From Chloropicon primus (Eukaryota), in assembly GCA_023205875.1 (NCBI GenBank), contig CP060758.1, positions 868,001 through 932,000 on the forward strand: 64,000 nt of DNA, written 5' to 3'. The first letter of the stretch is position 1, and every line of letters begins with the position of its first letter. Position numbers and translations under genes: made by a program. Positions 20,360-30,932 of this stretch are shown one piece after another. The notes beneath the pieces were generated by a model that saw nothing but the letters and a program-made list of their open reading frames with translations, did no database searches and was not told where the DNA came from.

Positions 20360-22517
20360 TCAAGGGTGCGAGCAGCACTCGGCCTGGCAGGCGTCGCCTG
20401 CGTTCTCCTCCTCGGCCCTCTCCCCCTCTTCTTGCCCCCCGCAGCAACCTTTCTGGCAGCCACCCTCGCCCTCTTCCTCCGTCTCCTTGGCAGGCTCGGC
20501 TTTGTGGTCCGAGAAAGAGATTTTGCTGAACATGTTCGCATAGAGCTTCTTGTCCTTCTTGTTCTTGTCGGCCTGGAGCTTCAGCAGCCTCTTCATCTCG
20601 AGCTTGGCTTCCCTGCACCCCGGATCGATCAGGAGGGCGTTCTTGAGATCGGTGGAAGCCTCGAGGTAATCCTTGGTCCCGATGTAGCTTTGCGCTCTCC
20701 TGTACAGGCCCTTGATGTTCTGGGAATCCACTTTGAGGACCTTGTCGCAGCGCTTTTTGGCGCCGGCGTAATCCTTTCTCTTCAGCCCACACTGAGCCTC
20801 GTTGTTCCAGCAGGCTATCTTCACCTTCTTCGCGGCGCTCTTCTCGTCCTCGGTGTACTTGCTGTCGTGCTCTAGGTATTTCACGGCCTTCTCGTACTTT
20901 TGGATCGCAACTTCGTAATCTCCCTTCTTGAAGTACGAGTTCCCCTTGTCCTTGAATTTCAGGGCAGCCTCCATCATCTCCTTGGCGTCCATCTCGAAAG
21001 ACTCCTTCGCGTTGACGAATTCCTTGAGCGTGACCTCGTAAACCAGGGTTGCGTCTGCGGGAACTTTCCCGTCCAGGCCGCCGCTGGAGCCGTAAGCATG
21101 CTCAGGTGGAATCTTGGCCAGCACCTTCTCGTCCTTCTTCATCTCCATCACGACCTTGTCCAGCCCTCGGATCACCTGCTCGTCGTCCGTCACGAACTCA
21201 AAGCCCGCCTTCTCCTCGACGACGGTGCCGTCCTCCAGCTTGCCGACGAGGTCGACCTTCACGCTCGAGCCTTCATTTGGTTTCTGGTACCCCTCCTGCT
21301 CCACCAGCAGCTTCATCTCTATCGTCTCCTCCACCATCTTGACGGACTTCCAGCTCACCAAGGTGAGCTCCGCCTTGATCTTCGCGCCCGGTGGGACCTT
21401 GCCGGCCAGGCCGGCCTCCCCAAACCCGTACTCTGGCGACTGAATCGACAGCTTGGCGACTTCCCCCTTCTTCATCGTCGTCACGCACTTGGAGAACGCT
21501 GGAATGACGCAATCCGAGTTGGCCTCGTCACCCGCCACGAATTCGATTCCGCCTTGAGGGGAGGAGGCAACCTCCTCCTTGTTGTGGAAGATCTTGTACT
21601 CGACCGTAACTTCGTCCTTGTCCTTTGGCTGCTCCCAGGATTTTCCTTCCTCGACCACGGTCTTGATGATGCCACCGTCTCCGGTGATGTCCTTGGTGCT
21701 CTCCCACGACAGGAGCTCCACCTCGAACTGCAGAGTTGCATTGGCTGGAATCGTTGGCGGAAAGCCCCTGTCTCCGTAGGCGTACTGCGGCTCGCAGGTC
21801 AAGACACAGAGCTCCCCCTTGGTCATCGTCGCCACGCCCTCGTCCCAGCCCTTGATGACTCTGCCAGCCTTAAGTTCAAAGGTGAAGGGGTCTCCCTTGT
21901 CACGACTGGAATCGAACTTGGTCCCATCAAGAAGCGTGCCAACATAGTGAACGAAGACCTTGTCCCCCTTCTCGGGCCTCTTGTACCCCTGGCCCTTCTT
22001 CAGCACCTTCTTCTTCACACCACCGTCATTGGTCACGTTCTGCGCGAAGGAAAGGCACACACACACACACAGAGACGACGACAACGACAACGACAACGAC
22101 GAAGCGAGAGAGGAATCAGTTTCAGTTTCCCGGAAAGACGATTGAAGCGACTGGGCTCACCTTCTCCTCGCCCACATTGAACTCCTCCAGGTCGGCCAGG
22201 TCCATGTCCGAGGAGTCTATCGCGCGAGCGCAAGGACAAGGCAAGGAAAGCATTCGGTCAGCATTGCGATCTCTCGAGGCGATCCCCCACCGCGTCCCCA
22301 CCCTCTCTCTCTCTCTCTCGGCGCGCGCACGCACGCACGGAGCCCATCTACCAACTCTGTGCACACAAGAAGCTCTTTGAGATCTGAGATCTGTGAGACC
22401 TTCCTGCTCCGCCGTTTCGCTTCAAGGTCGCGGGCACGTGGCCGGAGGGCCGCACCGATTCCTCAGTATCCCCTTACCTTCACCCAAGTCTTCAAAGTAC
22501 ATATTATTGTCCCCCAT
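20360..22517 (-). CDS. FKBP62: FKBP62/ROF1-type peptidyl-prolyl isomerase (3 FKBP domains plus TPR); exons 22517-22478, 22216-22161 and 22039-20360
   Basis: VHYVGTLLDGTKFDSSRD, VIKGWDEG and TPR KGLYRRAQ. Introns 22217-22477 (phase 1) and 22040-22160 (phase 0) give the N-terminus MGDNNMYFEDLGEDSSDMDLADLEEFNVGEEKNVT. Confidence 0.9.
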
Positions 22518-22789
22518 GGTTGCTTGGCTTGCTGCTGCTAGGTCTTGGGTCTGCTGCTGCTGGCTTGGTGGGGAAGATGATGGAATGGGGTGCTGAAGGA
22601 GGGAGACGAGGACGACCACGGGTGCGGGTGGGTGGGGAAGAGTGCAGACGGAAGTGGAGGGTGAGGATGACGGCCCTGTATTCCTCCTCTCCAACAGAAA
22701 ACAAGTCGACATTCTCGTCTCTCTTCTTCAGTGATACAACAAAAACATAATTTAGCAGGTGGGTGGTTCGGGTTCGACAACGACGCCTC

Positions 22790-23626
22790 TTACTTGGACT
22801 TCCTCTTCGCCTTCTTGTCTTTCGTCAACAGCGAGTAGAGCCCCCTGGCGATCTTGCTGGACCACAAGAGGTTCAAGAGGTAGCCCACGACGAGGAAGGA
22901 GGGCACCAGGTACTTGCTCAAGAGCGGCTTGTCGCTCGCGAGCAGCACGGGATACAGGGTCCACAGGTGGTACAGCCCCAGGGTGTACACAAAGACCCTG
23001 AAGAAGATAAAGGTCAGCGTCAGGAAACCGCCGTTCACCAGATACAGCTTGGAGTCTTTCAATCCCAGCGTGTGCAGGATCCACCTCACGTTCACGAAAG
23101 GGGTCGAGCACTCGCAGAGCGAGAGCCAGATGAACTGGAAGGTAAAGACCTTGTTCTTCAGGTTGTGCACGCAGCAGAACAGGAAGATGACGTGGTGGAT
23201 GATCATCCCGAACTCGTCGAAGCATCTGAAAAAGATGAGCTCCACGATCAAGTCGCTCGCAAAGTACCCTGTCATCAAGGAGCAGTAGAAGAAGGTCGGG
23301 GCATCCTCGTTGAAGAGCAGCTTCTCCGGGGTGTACGTCGCCCAGTTCCTGTGTATGTACACGAGGTGGAATGCGGCCAGCGAGCTTATTACGCTGCTGA
23401 GAAGCGACTGGATCGTCGAGTCCATGAAAACCCTCTTCTTCCTTCCCTCGAAAGTCATGGCGTACGCATACTTCCTCACTTTCTCATCCTTCGAGTTCGA
23501 AAGTATCCAAGCGTCAAACTTGGTCACGTTCACCACCGCCGTGAGCGTCAGGTAGAACGCCAACGAGTAAGCGCTCGTCCAGTACAACTGACTCACGTCA
23601 GACGGAAACTCCTCCCAAATAAACAT
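22790..23626 (-). CDS. TLC (TRAM/LAG1/CLN8) domain membrane protein, TMEM56/TLCD4-like
   Basis: Multiple TM segments, GYFASDL, MIIHH, ECSTPFVNVRW, FFRV, LNLLW and a C-terminal KKxx-like basic tail. Confidence 0.85.
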   Translation of the reverse strand: MFIWEEFPSDVSQLYWTSAYSLAFYLTLTAVVNVTKFDAWILSNSKDEKVRKYAYAMTFEGRKKRVFMDSTIQSLLSSVISSLAAFHLVYIHRNWATYTPEKLLFNEDAPTFFYCSLMTGYFASDLIVELIFFRCFDEFGMIIHHVIFLFCCVHNLKNKVFTFQFIWLSLCECSTPFVNVRWILHTLGLKDSKLYLVNGGFLTLTFIFFRVFVYTLGLYHLWTLYPVLLASDKPLLSKYLVPSFLVVGYLLNLLWSSKIARGLYSLLTKDKKAKRKSK

Positions 23627-23736
23627 ATCCTCAAACAATAACAACTCGCCGCTACCCACACACACTCAGTTTCGCGCCTCTTTCCCTCCAGTTAGGCTGG
23701 CTGAGAGAGAGAGAGAAAGCAAAAAGCAAGAGGACT

Positions 23737-23771
<35 letters not shown>

Positions 23772-23776
23772 GTGTC

Positions 23777-24977
23777 ATGGGGGACTGGACGACGATAGAG
23801 AGCGATCCTGGAGTGTTCACCGAGCTCATCGAGAGCTTCGGGACCAAGGGGGTCCAGGTGGAGGTGAGTGGGGAAAGAGTTTTAGCGTAGTGTTCTGGAG
23901 ATCTGGGATCTGGAAAACAAAAGAAGAAGAAGAAGAAGAAGAAGAAGAGGTTCACCGAGACAAACAACAGCAACGAACGAACGAACGAAAGACGACGCCG
24001 TGCTCACGATTCAGAGTGCTGACTGGGAGCTGCCGCTTGTTCTGCTTCGTGATCTCTCTCTCTCTCTTGCGCGCGCGCGCGTGTGTGTGCGTGTGCGTGC
24101 ATTGCAGGAGATCTACTCGCTGGACAAGGAGACGTTGGAGAGCGTTGCGCCTGTGTACGGGCTGATATTCTTGTTCAAGTGGAGTCAGGACCACAAGGAT
24201 AGGAGGGAGGTGGACCACTCGAACCAGAACGTGTTCTTCGCGTCCCAGGTGGTGAACAACGCTTGCGCCACGCAAGCGCTCCTTTCGATTCTTTTGAACA
24301 GGCCAGAGGTGGAGTTGGGCGAGGAGCTCACCTCCTTCAAGCAGTTCACCAAGGAGTTCCCGCCGGACATGAAGGGCCTCGCGATAAGCAACTGCGAATC
24401 GATCAGGAACGCTCACAACTCCTTCAGCAGGCCCGAGCCCTTTGCCATGGAGGACTCCAAGTCCTCGAAAGCCAGCCAGGACGTGTATCACTTCATCTCG
24501 TACGTTCCGATAGACGGCCAACTCTGGGAGCTGGACGGGCTGAAGGCCGGCCCAATCAACTTGGGGGCCTGCACCCTGGACGACTGGATGGACAAGGTGT
24601 GCCCGGTGATCATGAAGAGGATCGAGCAGTACAGCCAGAACGAGATCAGGTTCAACCTGTTGGCCCTCATCAAGAACAAGATGGACGTGTACAAGTCCCA
24701 GATGGCGGACTTGGAGGCCCAGAAGGCGGCCCTGGCGGGAGACGGGGACGCCATGCAGGTGGACGACCCAAAGGCCGTGCAGGTCGACCAGGAGATAGAA
24801 TCCCTCAAGCAGCAGATCGCCGTGGAGGAGGAGAAGAGGGCCCGGTGGCGCGACGAGAACATCAGACGGAAGCACAACTACATTCCTTTCCTCTTCAACT
24901 TTTTGAAGATCCTCGCCGAGAAGAAGCAGCTCAAGTCCCTCATCGAGAAGGCGCAGCAGCTCCAACGCAGCTCCTGA
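23777..24977 (+). CDS. UCHL5: Ubiquitin C-terminal hydrolase UCH37/UCHL5; exons 23777-23863 and 24108-24977
   Basis: WTTIESDPGVFTELI in exon 1, QVVNNACATQA, YHFISY, ELDGLK and the ULD tail ENIRRKHNY. Intron 23864-24107 (gtgagt...ttgcag). Confidence 0.95.
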
Positions 24978-25221
24978 GAGAGAGAGAGAATGGCAGCAGC
25001 AGCAGCACACACTGTATGTATCACAACCTGAGATGAGAGTCGTTGTAAAATACACAACTTACTTATATATACATATATGCGAAAGGCGAGACTCACTCGC
25101 TGTGGGAAGAGCTCCTCCTCCGATCCGACTCTTCGACTCGAGAACAACCGACCTAGTGTGTGTGTGTGTGTGTGTGTGTTCCTTACTTTGTTACATTACG
25201 GTTACAACAAATGCGCAGGCT

Positions 25222-25899
25222 TCACGGCGGAGGCACGACCAGGGAGGCGCCCACGACACAGACGACGTAGAGCGCCAACTCGTCGAGAATTTGCGTAAGC
25301 AAGGGCCACCGCACAGTGTCGGAGATTTTGCTCAGAGCCATCTGCGCCAGACCTCCCGCCTTCGTAGCGCGCTTCTCCACGCCCAGGACGGGGAGGGCGA
25401 CCACCTGGTACGTCAGAAACCAGGCCACGGCATTCTTCGATGCATCGAATTCCTGGTAGGCCCCTTGGTCCCCTCCGCGGTGGAGATGGAGGACGTGAGC
25501 ATAGTACACCACCGCCACGAGGCACGGGAGCACCCTCCTCGCCCACCGGGCGAGCGTGGAGGAACCGAGACGGCAACCGAAGGGACTCTGGGACGACGAC
25601 GACTTCGTTGCCCTGATGCCTTCACCACCACCCAGTGGCGTCGTTGCTGTTGTTCCTGTTGGTGGTGGTGATGGCGATGTTAATGATGTTGTTGTTGTTG
25701 TTGTTGTTGATGATGATGCCTCCCGACGATGATCAACAGGAGCATCGTCGTTTTCCTTTGTTGTCGTCGTCTCCTGTCTTTTCGTGCTGGTTTTTGTGAG
25801 GGTTTCCTTATCAAATTCCTTGACTTGTCCCGTGATGTAAGCCAACCTGTCCTTCCCCCTCCTCAACACACGCTCCCTCCTGCGTTGCGCCCTCTCCAT
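25222..25899 (-). CDS. GET2: GET2/CAML-like ER insertase subunit
   Basis: N-terminal RRRERVLRRGKDRLAYITGQ matches the conserved Get2/CAML cytosolic motif, followed by a low-complexity linker and about three C-terminal hydrophobic segments. Confidence 0.72.
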   Translation of the reverse strand: MERAQRRRERVLRRGKDRLAYITGQVKEFDKETLTKTSTKRQETTTTKENDDAPVDHRREASSSTTTTTTTSLTSPSPPPTGTTATTPLGGGEGIRATKSSSSQSPFGCRLGSSTLARWARRVLPCLVAVVYYAHVLHLHRGGDQGAYQEFDASKNAVAWFLTYQVVALPVLGVEKRATKAGGLAQMALSKISDTVRWPLLTQILDELALYVVCVVGASLVVPPP

Positions 25900-26188
25900 C
25901 AGGATCCTTCTCCTCTCCTCGGACGCCCTCGAGGTCTGCAGACACAAACCAAATCCCACGCCGCCGGCGCGCGAGGAGAGGAAAGGAACTGAGTTTGGTT
26001 TTGGCGAGAGGAGGGGAGCACGGGAGGACGGGAGGACGGGAGGAGGGACTTTGACTTTGACTTTGACTTGTTGTATTGGGATTGATACCTCGTTTCGTTC
26101 GCTAGGGGATCGAGGGTTACCGAACGAACGCCTGGAGTGCCGGGCGAGGAAAAGAAAAGGTGGTGGTTGTTTTTGGTGTTGTGCCATC

Positions 26189-28462
26189 ATGGGGGTTGGG
26201 AAGAGGGGAGGGAGGAGGAAGGCGGACCTGGACGAGGGGGATGAGGTGGAGATGTTTCACAGGACGAGGGAGGCGAGGAAGAAGAAGCAGGCGGAGGGCA
26301 TCAAGTTCTCGTTCGGAGACGACGACGAGGGAGAGAGCGACGAGTCGTCGAGCGACGAGTCCATGAGCGAGGAGGCTATCCTGAACGTCGAGGACGAGAG
26401 CGAGAGCGAGGAGTCTTCCGAGGAGGACGAGGAGGAGAAGAAGAGGCTGCACAGCAAGAAGCTCCTGAAGTCGATGGAGGCGCAGAGGTCCTTGCTGCAG
26501 AGGGACCAGAGGGTGTCCAAGGGCGAGTCGTACGGCTCCTCGGACGACGAGGAGAGCGACGAGGAGAGCGACGACGAGGACGACGAGGACGTGGAGGTGG
26601 AGGAGGGCGCCAAGTGGGGGAGGAACAAGAAGACTTACTACCAGAGGGGCGACGAGGTGGAGGACGCGGAGGGAGACGTGGAGGACGACTTCGACGCGAG
26701 GGAGGAGGAGGAGGCGGAGGCCAGGAGAATGCAGAGCAAGCAGGCCTCCAGGCTCGCGGAGGAGGACTTTGCCTTTGACGAGGACGAGAGCGAGGACGAC
26801 GAGGACGACGAGGGCGGAAGGACCGCCGCATCGGGGCTGTCGCGGGAGGACCAGCTCGCCGTCGTGGAGCAGGACGCCCCCGAACTCTCCAGTCTCCTGT
26901 CCGACCTCAAGTCCTCCCTGGAGGAGATCAAAAACGTGGTGAAGCCTGCTCTGGACGCCATCAAGGCGAGGAGGAAGGGGAAGAAGGGCTCGGGAAAGGA
27001 GGCCGCGATCGCGGACGCGCTCAGCACGGTGAAGGCGAAGGAGGGCCTCTCGTTCATCGAAGCGAAGTACACGCTGATGCTGAGCTACTGCAGCCACATC
27101 GTGTTCTACCTCCTGATGAAGTGCGAGGGAAAGTCCGTGTCGAAGCATCCCTTGCTCAGCCGGCTGGTGGAGATTCGAACGTACCTCGAGAAGATCAGGC
27201 CCATCGAGAAGAAGATGAACTACCAGGTGCAGAAGCTGGTGGCCCAGGCCACGAGGAAGCCAGGAGACTCGGCGGGGGGCGAGGATCCCCTCAAGTTCAG
27301 GCCGAACCCCAAGTCCCTCCTGGGGAGCGCCCAGGGCGAGGAGGCGGAGGAGGAGGGCTTGGACGGCGCCTACGTGCCTCCCAAGATTGCGCCGATGCAC
27401 TACGCGGAGGACGACGACCTCGAGAACGACGAGGACGAGGACTTCGAGGACCCAGAGAAGCAGGCCAGGATGAAGAGGAGGATGCTCAAGGCGAAGAGCC
27501 ACGAGAAGAAGAGGGCCCTGAGGAACGAGTACGTGCAGCACCTGGTGAGCGAGCTCGGCGAGCAGCCCGAGGAGATCGGGACGGACGGCCAGACCCAAGC
27601 CGGGTCGGGATCCGCCTTTGCCAAGAGGGAGGAGATGAGGATGAAGGCCAGGGGGGAGCAGGAGGAGGAGCTCTTCACCAGGGCCCCCATGACCAAGATG
27701 GAGAAAAAGCGCCTGCAGGCGGCGAAGAGGGCCGGAATCACGGGCTCCACCATCTCCATCCTGGACGACCTTGGCGCCACGGACATCGCGGACTTTGCCA
27801 TTGAGGACGGCGACGACGTGGAGGACGGCGACGGCCGTGGCTCCAGCCGCGCCAGGAGCGAGATGGACAAGTACCTCGAGGAGAAGAGGCGGCAGAAGAA
27901 GAAGAAGGAGAAGAAGAGGGCTCTCGATCCCCTCCACGGCATCGCCGTGGACAGCAGGAGGGGAGGACGGTCGGGCGACGAGGACTTGGCGACGTGGAGC
28001 CTCGGGGACCGCCGGGCCAAGCACGACTCGGCGTCCGCCGCCAGGAAGAGGGCCAGGGAGACGATCGAGATGGAGGCCGACGTCTACTCGGATGGCCTTG
28101 ACGACGACGTCCAGGAGGACTTTGAGCTCTATTCGGGAGCGAAGAAGAGGAGCGATGAAAGGAAGGCGATGAAGAATGCAAGGAGGGGGCAGGGGACCTA
28201 CACGCGCCCGCCGCTGGAGGAGGAGAGGGTGGAAGGGGGGGCAAAGAGGTTGATCAACAACGAGATCCTCAAGAACAGGGGGCTCACTCCGCGGAGGCCG
28301 AAGGAGATGAAGAACCCGAGGAAGAAACATAGGATTAAATTCCAGCGCGCACTCGTCCGACGTCGCGGGCAAGTACCAGGCGAGCGCGAGACGCGTGCGG
28401 ACGCGTACGGCGGCGAGGCCACCGGCATCAAGACCAGAATCACCAAGTCCGTTAAATTGTAA
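26189..28462 (+). CDS. SAS10: Sas10/Utp3 small-subunit processome component
   Basis: WGRNKKTYY, central Sas10/Utp3/C1D region (KYTLMLSYC...HPLLSRLVEIR...LEKIRP) and C-terminal KNRGLTPRRPKEMKNPRKKHR...YGGEATGIK. Confidence 0.92.
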   Translation: MGVGKRGGRRKADLDEGDEVEMFHRTREARKKKQAEGIKFSFGDDDEGESDESSSDESMSEEAILNVEDESESEESSEEDEEEKKRLHSKKLLKSMEAQRSLLQRDQRVSKGESYGSSDDEESDEESDDEDDEDVEVEEGAKWGRNKKTYYQRGDEVEDAEGDVEDDFDAREEEEAEARRMQSKQASRLAEEDFAFDEDESEDDEDDEGGRTAASGLSREDQLAVVEQDAPELSSLLSDLKSSLEEIKNVVKPALDAIKARRKGKKGSGKEAAIADALSTVKAKEGLSFIEAKYTLMLSYCSHIVFYLLMKCEGKSVSKHPLLSRLVEIRTYLEKIRPIEKKMNYQVQKLVAQATRKPGDSAGGEDPLKFRPNPKSLLGSAQGEEAEEEGLDGAYVPPKIAPMHYAEDDDLENDEDEDFEDPEKQARMKRRMLKAKSHEKKRALRNEYVQHLVSELGEQPEEIGTDGQTQAGSGSAFAKREEMRMKARGEQEEELFTRAPMTKMEKKRLQAAKRAGITGSTISILDDLGATDIADFAIEDGDDVEDGDGRGSSRARSEMDKYLEEKRRQKKKKEKKRALDPLHGIAVDSRRGGRSGDEDLATWSLGDRRAKHDSASAARKRARETIEMEADVYSDGLDDDVQEDFELYSGAKKRSDERKAMKNARRGQGTYTRPPLEEERVEGGAKRLINNEILKNRGLTPRRPKEMKNPRKKHRIKFQRALVRRRGQVPGERETRADAYGGEATGIKTRITKSVKL

Positions 28463-28667
28463 TCCATTCTGCTATGCGCCTTGTCTTTGAACTCTTCCTC
28501 TACGTCTTCATGGCTCAGTTCTCTCTCTCACTCTCCTCCCCGAACAGCGAATTCGCGAGGACTCGCAACGAAAGACGAAGAAGAGACTCTATTTCGTTTC
28601 CTCCTCCTCTCTACTGTCCTCAGCTCCCTCCTCGACCAAAGAGCGATGGCATTTGTATCTACATTTC

Positions 28668-28820
28668 TTAATACTCTCTCCTAAGGCTTGTTTGGTCTGC
28701 GCCTGGGGACAACCCTCCTCCCTTGCCCTCATCACCACCGTCGTCGGCCCTCGTCGCCGCGATCATCGCCGCCGTCGACCTGGTGCGTGTCCAGCGTCTC
28801 TGTCTTGTGGGACGCCTCAT
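28668..28820 (-). pseudogene. Truncated 50-codon paralog of the N-terminus of the HARE-HTH gene (10692)
   Basis: MRRPTRQRRWTRTRSTAAMIAATRADDGGDEGKGGGLSPG... versus MRRPARQSLRRSTRSTVAMITLATCAAAGDDEGGLPPG. Ends at TAA 28670-28668 with no HTH domains. Confidence 0.6.
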
Positions 28821-29072
28821 GATGAAATAAAGCACTGCACAGCTCCTAAAAGACTTCCCTCCTCTTCCTCTTCACCAACCGAGCCAACAACTCACGAAAC
28901 ATACTTCGAGGCAACCTCCTCCTGTAACGCCCGTCGTCTCAAAGGGAGCCACTCCGTTTGTCAAAACCTCCAGCCGAGGTATCGATCGAAAGCCCTTGAG
29001 ACGCCCTTGCGTTCTTTCAACACCTCCTCCTCCCCTTCACCGTCACCGTCCGCGCACAAAGTCCTCGACAAA
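28700..29072. repeat. Dispersed repeat copy B (inverted relative to 10435-10805)
   Basis: Collinear reverse-complement similarity to 10435-10805, with small indels. Confidence 0.85.
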
Positions 29073-29231
29073 CGAAGCCCTCTCCTCGTCGTGTTGCTTC
29101 GACAAAAAATCAAGCGACGCTATGGGGCGTTGTCCAAATATCTCTCATGGTTGCAGCCCCAGGGTTGTGGTGGTTGGTTGTGCGTGGAGACAAGAGAGGA
29201 CAAGAGAGGACCACATCCGTGCCGAGTTGCG

Positions 29232-30827
29232 ATGAACAGCAGCAAGTGGGTTGCGAGGAAGAGGGTTGCGAGCGGGTCGGGAGGGAGGGATGGAACGCGT
29301 GCGTTTCCGTTTCAGAAGAGCGGCTGGCCGCAGGCAGGCGTTACGAGGAGAAGTCTGCGATCGTCGTCGAGGACGAGAGCGGCCACGTCCGAGAGGGATG
29401 GCACGAGAGCGGCAAGGGGCATCGAGGATATCCCAATGCCCAGGGTGTGGCCCTTGGTGGGGAATTTGCCGGCGTTAGACTTCGACATGCTTCACATTCC
29501 CGCCAAAGTCAGGGACCTCTACGATGAGCTCGACACCGACACCATGCGGCTGGCTTTCCTCCCCAAGTCCTCGACGGTTCGGACGAGGAGCTACGAAGAC
29601 GTCTTGCTCATTTTAAAGACCTGGCCAAAAATGCTGCAGTCTCGCTCGTCGTTTGGGCTTGGGATCTTTTCTTTGTTCTTGGGCGAGGGGCTCGCGTCGA
29701 TCAACAGCGGCGAGACGCATCAGAAGCTTAATGGGATCATGGGGCCTTGCTTTCGCAAGGTTACGACCGACCAGATGCTCCTGGACTTCAAAAGAGTTGG
29801 ACTGAGGATGGTTCAGTCCCTCTCCACGCAGGGGGAGCACGACATGCAATCCATCGCGATGGCCGCCACCGTCGACTCCATCGGGCAGCTCCACTTTGGC
29901 ACGGACCTGAAGCAACTTGAGCTGCTGACAAAAGAACCCTCCAGCTCGTCCTCCGTGGCGGAGATCATGACAAGGATCACCCAAGAGGGGCAGATGCTTA
30001 TGCTGCCCAGCCTCGTCGACCAAGGATTGCCAAAACTTCTGCCTGGCTTCCAAAGGTACCTCGAAGCGATTGGTGCGCTAGACGACCTGATAGAAAACGT
30101 CATCGAGCAGCGCAGGGCGAAAGGCTTGAAGGAGACCGACCTCGACGTCTTGTCATCTCTGCTTCGAGCCTCCGAGGAAGAGGGGAACGAGTGGCTGACC
30201 AAGTCCCTCCTTCGCGATCAGCTGACGACATTATTTTTCGCCGGCTCGGACACGACGGCGTCGACGATCGCCTGGAGCACCTTCGAACTCGCGAAGAACC
30301 CGGAGACCCAAAAGCGATTGCAGGAAGAGGTCGACGAGCTCATGGATAAGTTGGACGGCGAGGTTGAGAAGATATCTGCCAGAGATTTGGACCAGCTGAA
30401 ACTTTTGAATGGGGCGATAAAGGAAACCTTGAGGCTCTATCCTCCCGCGCCGGTGATCGGAAGAGACTGTCCCGAGGACGCCCTGATCGACGGCTTTCAA
30501 ATTGGGAAAGGCCAAGTGGTGATCACCGACCTGTATGCTCTCAACCGCGATGAAAAGCTTTGGCACGAGCCCGACGCCTGGGAGCCAAGGAGATGGACCG
30601 AGGAGGTCGAGGAAGACTGGAAGGCGACGAAACAACTGATCAGCTTTGCGCCGGGGTTGCGCTCCTGTCTGGGAAAATACTTTGCGATCAGAGAGAGCTC
30701 GCTGTTCCTTCTGCTCCTCTTGTACCACTTCGAATTCGAACCGACGGCCGAGGAGCCGCAGCTTGCTCACGCCGTCACCATCACTTCTCTGAATGGCATC
30801 AAACTCAAGCTGAGGAAAAGAAGGTGA
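29232..30827 (+). CDS. Cytochrome P450 with probable transit peptide
   Basis: Pro-rich PMPRVWPLVG, I-helix FAGSDTT, K-helix ETLR and heme motif FAPGLRSCLG. The N-terminus is Arg/Ser-rich rather than a TM anchor. Confidence 0.92.
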   Translation: MNSSKWVARKRVASGSGGRDGTRAFPFQKSGWPQAGVTRRSLRSSSRTRAATSERDGTRAARGIEDIPMPRVWPLVGNLPALDFDMLHIPAKVRDLYDELDTDTMRLAFLPKSSTVRTRSYEDVLLILKTWPKMLQSRSSFGLGIFSLFLGEGLASINSGETHQKLNGIMGPCFRKVTTDQMLLDFKRVGLRMVQSLSTQGEHDMQSIAMAATVDSIGQLHFGTDLKQLELLTKEPSSSSSVAEIMTRITQEGQMLMLPSLVDQGLPKLLPGFQRYLEAIGALDDLIENVIEQRRAKGLKETDLDVLSSLLRASEEEGNEWLTKSLLRDQLTTLFFAGSDTTASTIAWSTFELAKNPETQKRLQEEVDELMDKLDGEVEKISARDLDQLKLLNGAIKETLRLYPPAPVIGRDCPEDALIDGFQIGKGQVVITDLYALNRDEKLWHEPDAWEPRRWTEEVEEDWKATKQLISFAPGLRSCLGKYFAIRESSLFLLLLLYHFEFEPTAEEPQLAHAVTITSLNGIKLKLRKRR

Positions 30828-30932
30828 GGTGTCACCATTCGTTTTTAGAAACCCCTTGTCTTTTGTTGCAGTCATAGAATTCAATTATTGATCCCTCCTC
30901 GCGGGGCACGCCTCCCCCACTCCCTTTGTTAC

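Noticed and set aside
28653..29231. 193-aa N-terminal extension of the P450 ORF
   Set aside because: Starts at TTG and runs through the inverted dispersed repeat; the first ATG at 29232 gives a normal-length P450.
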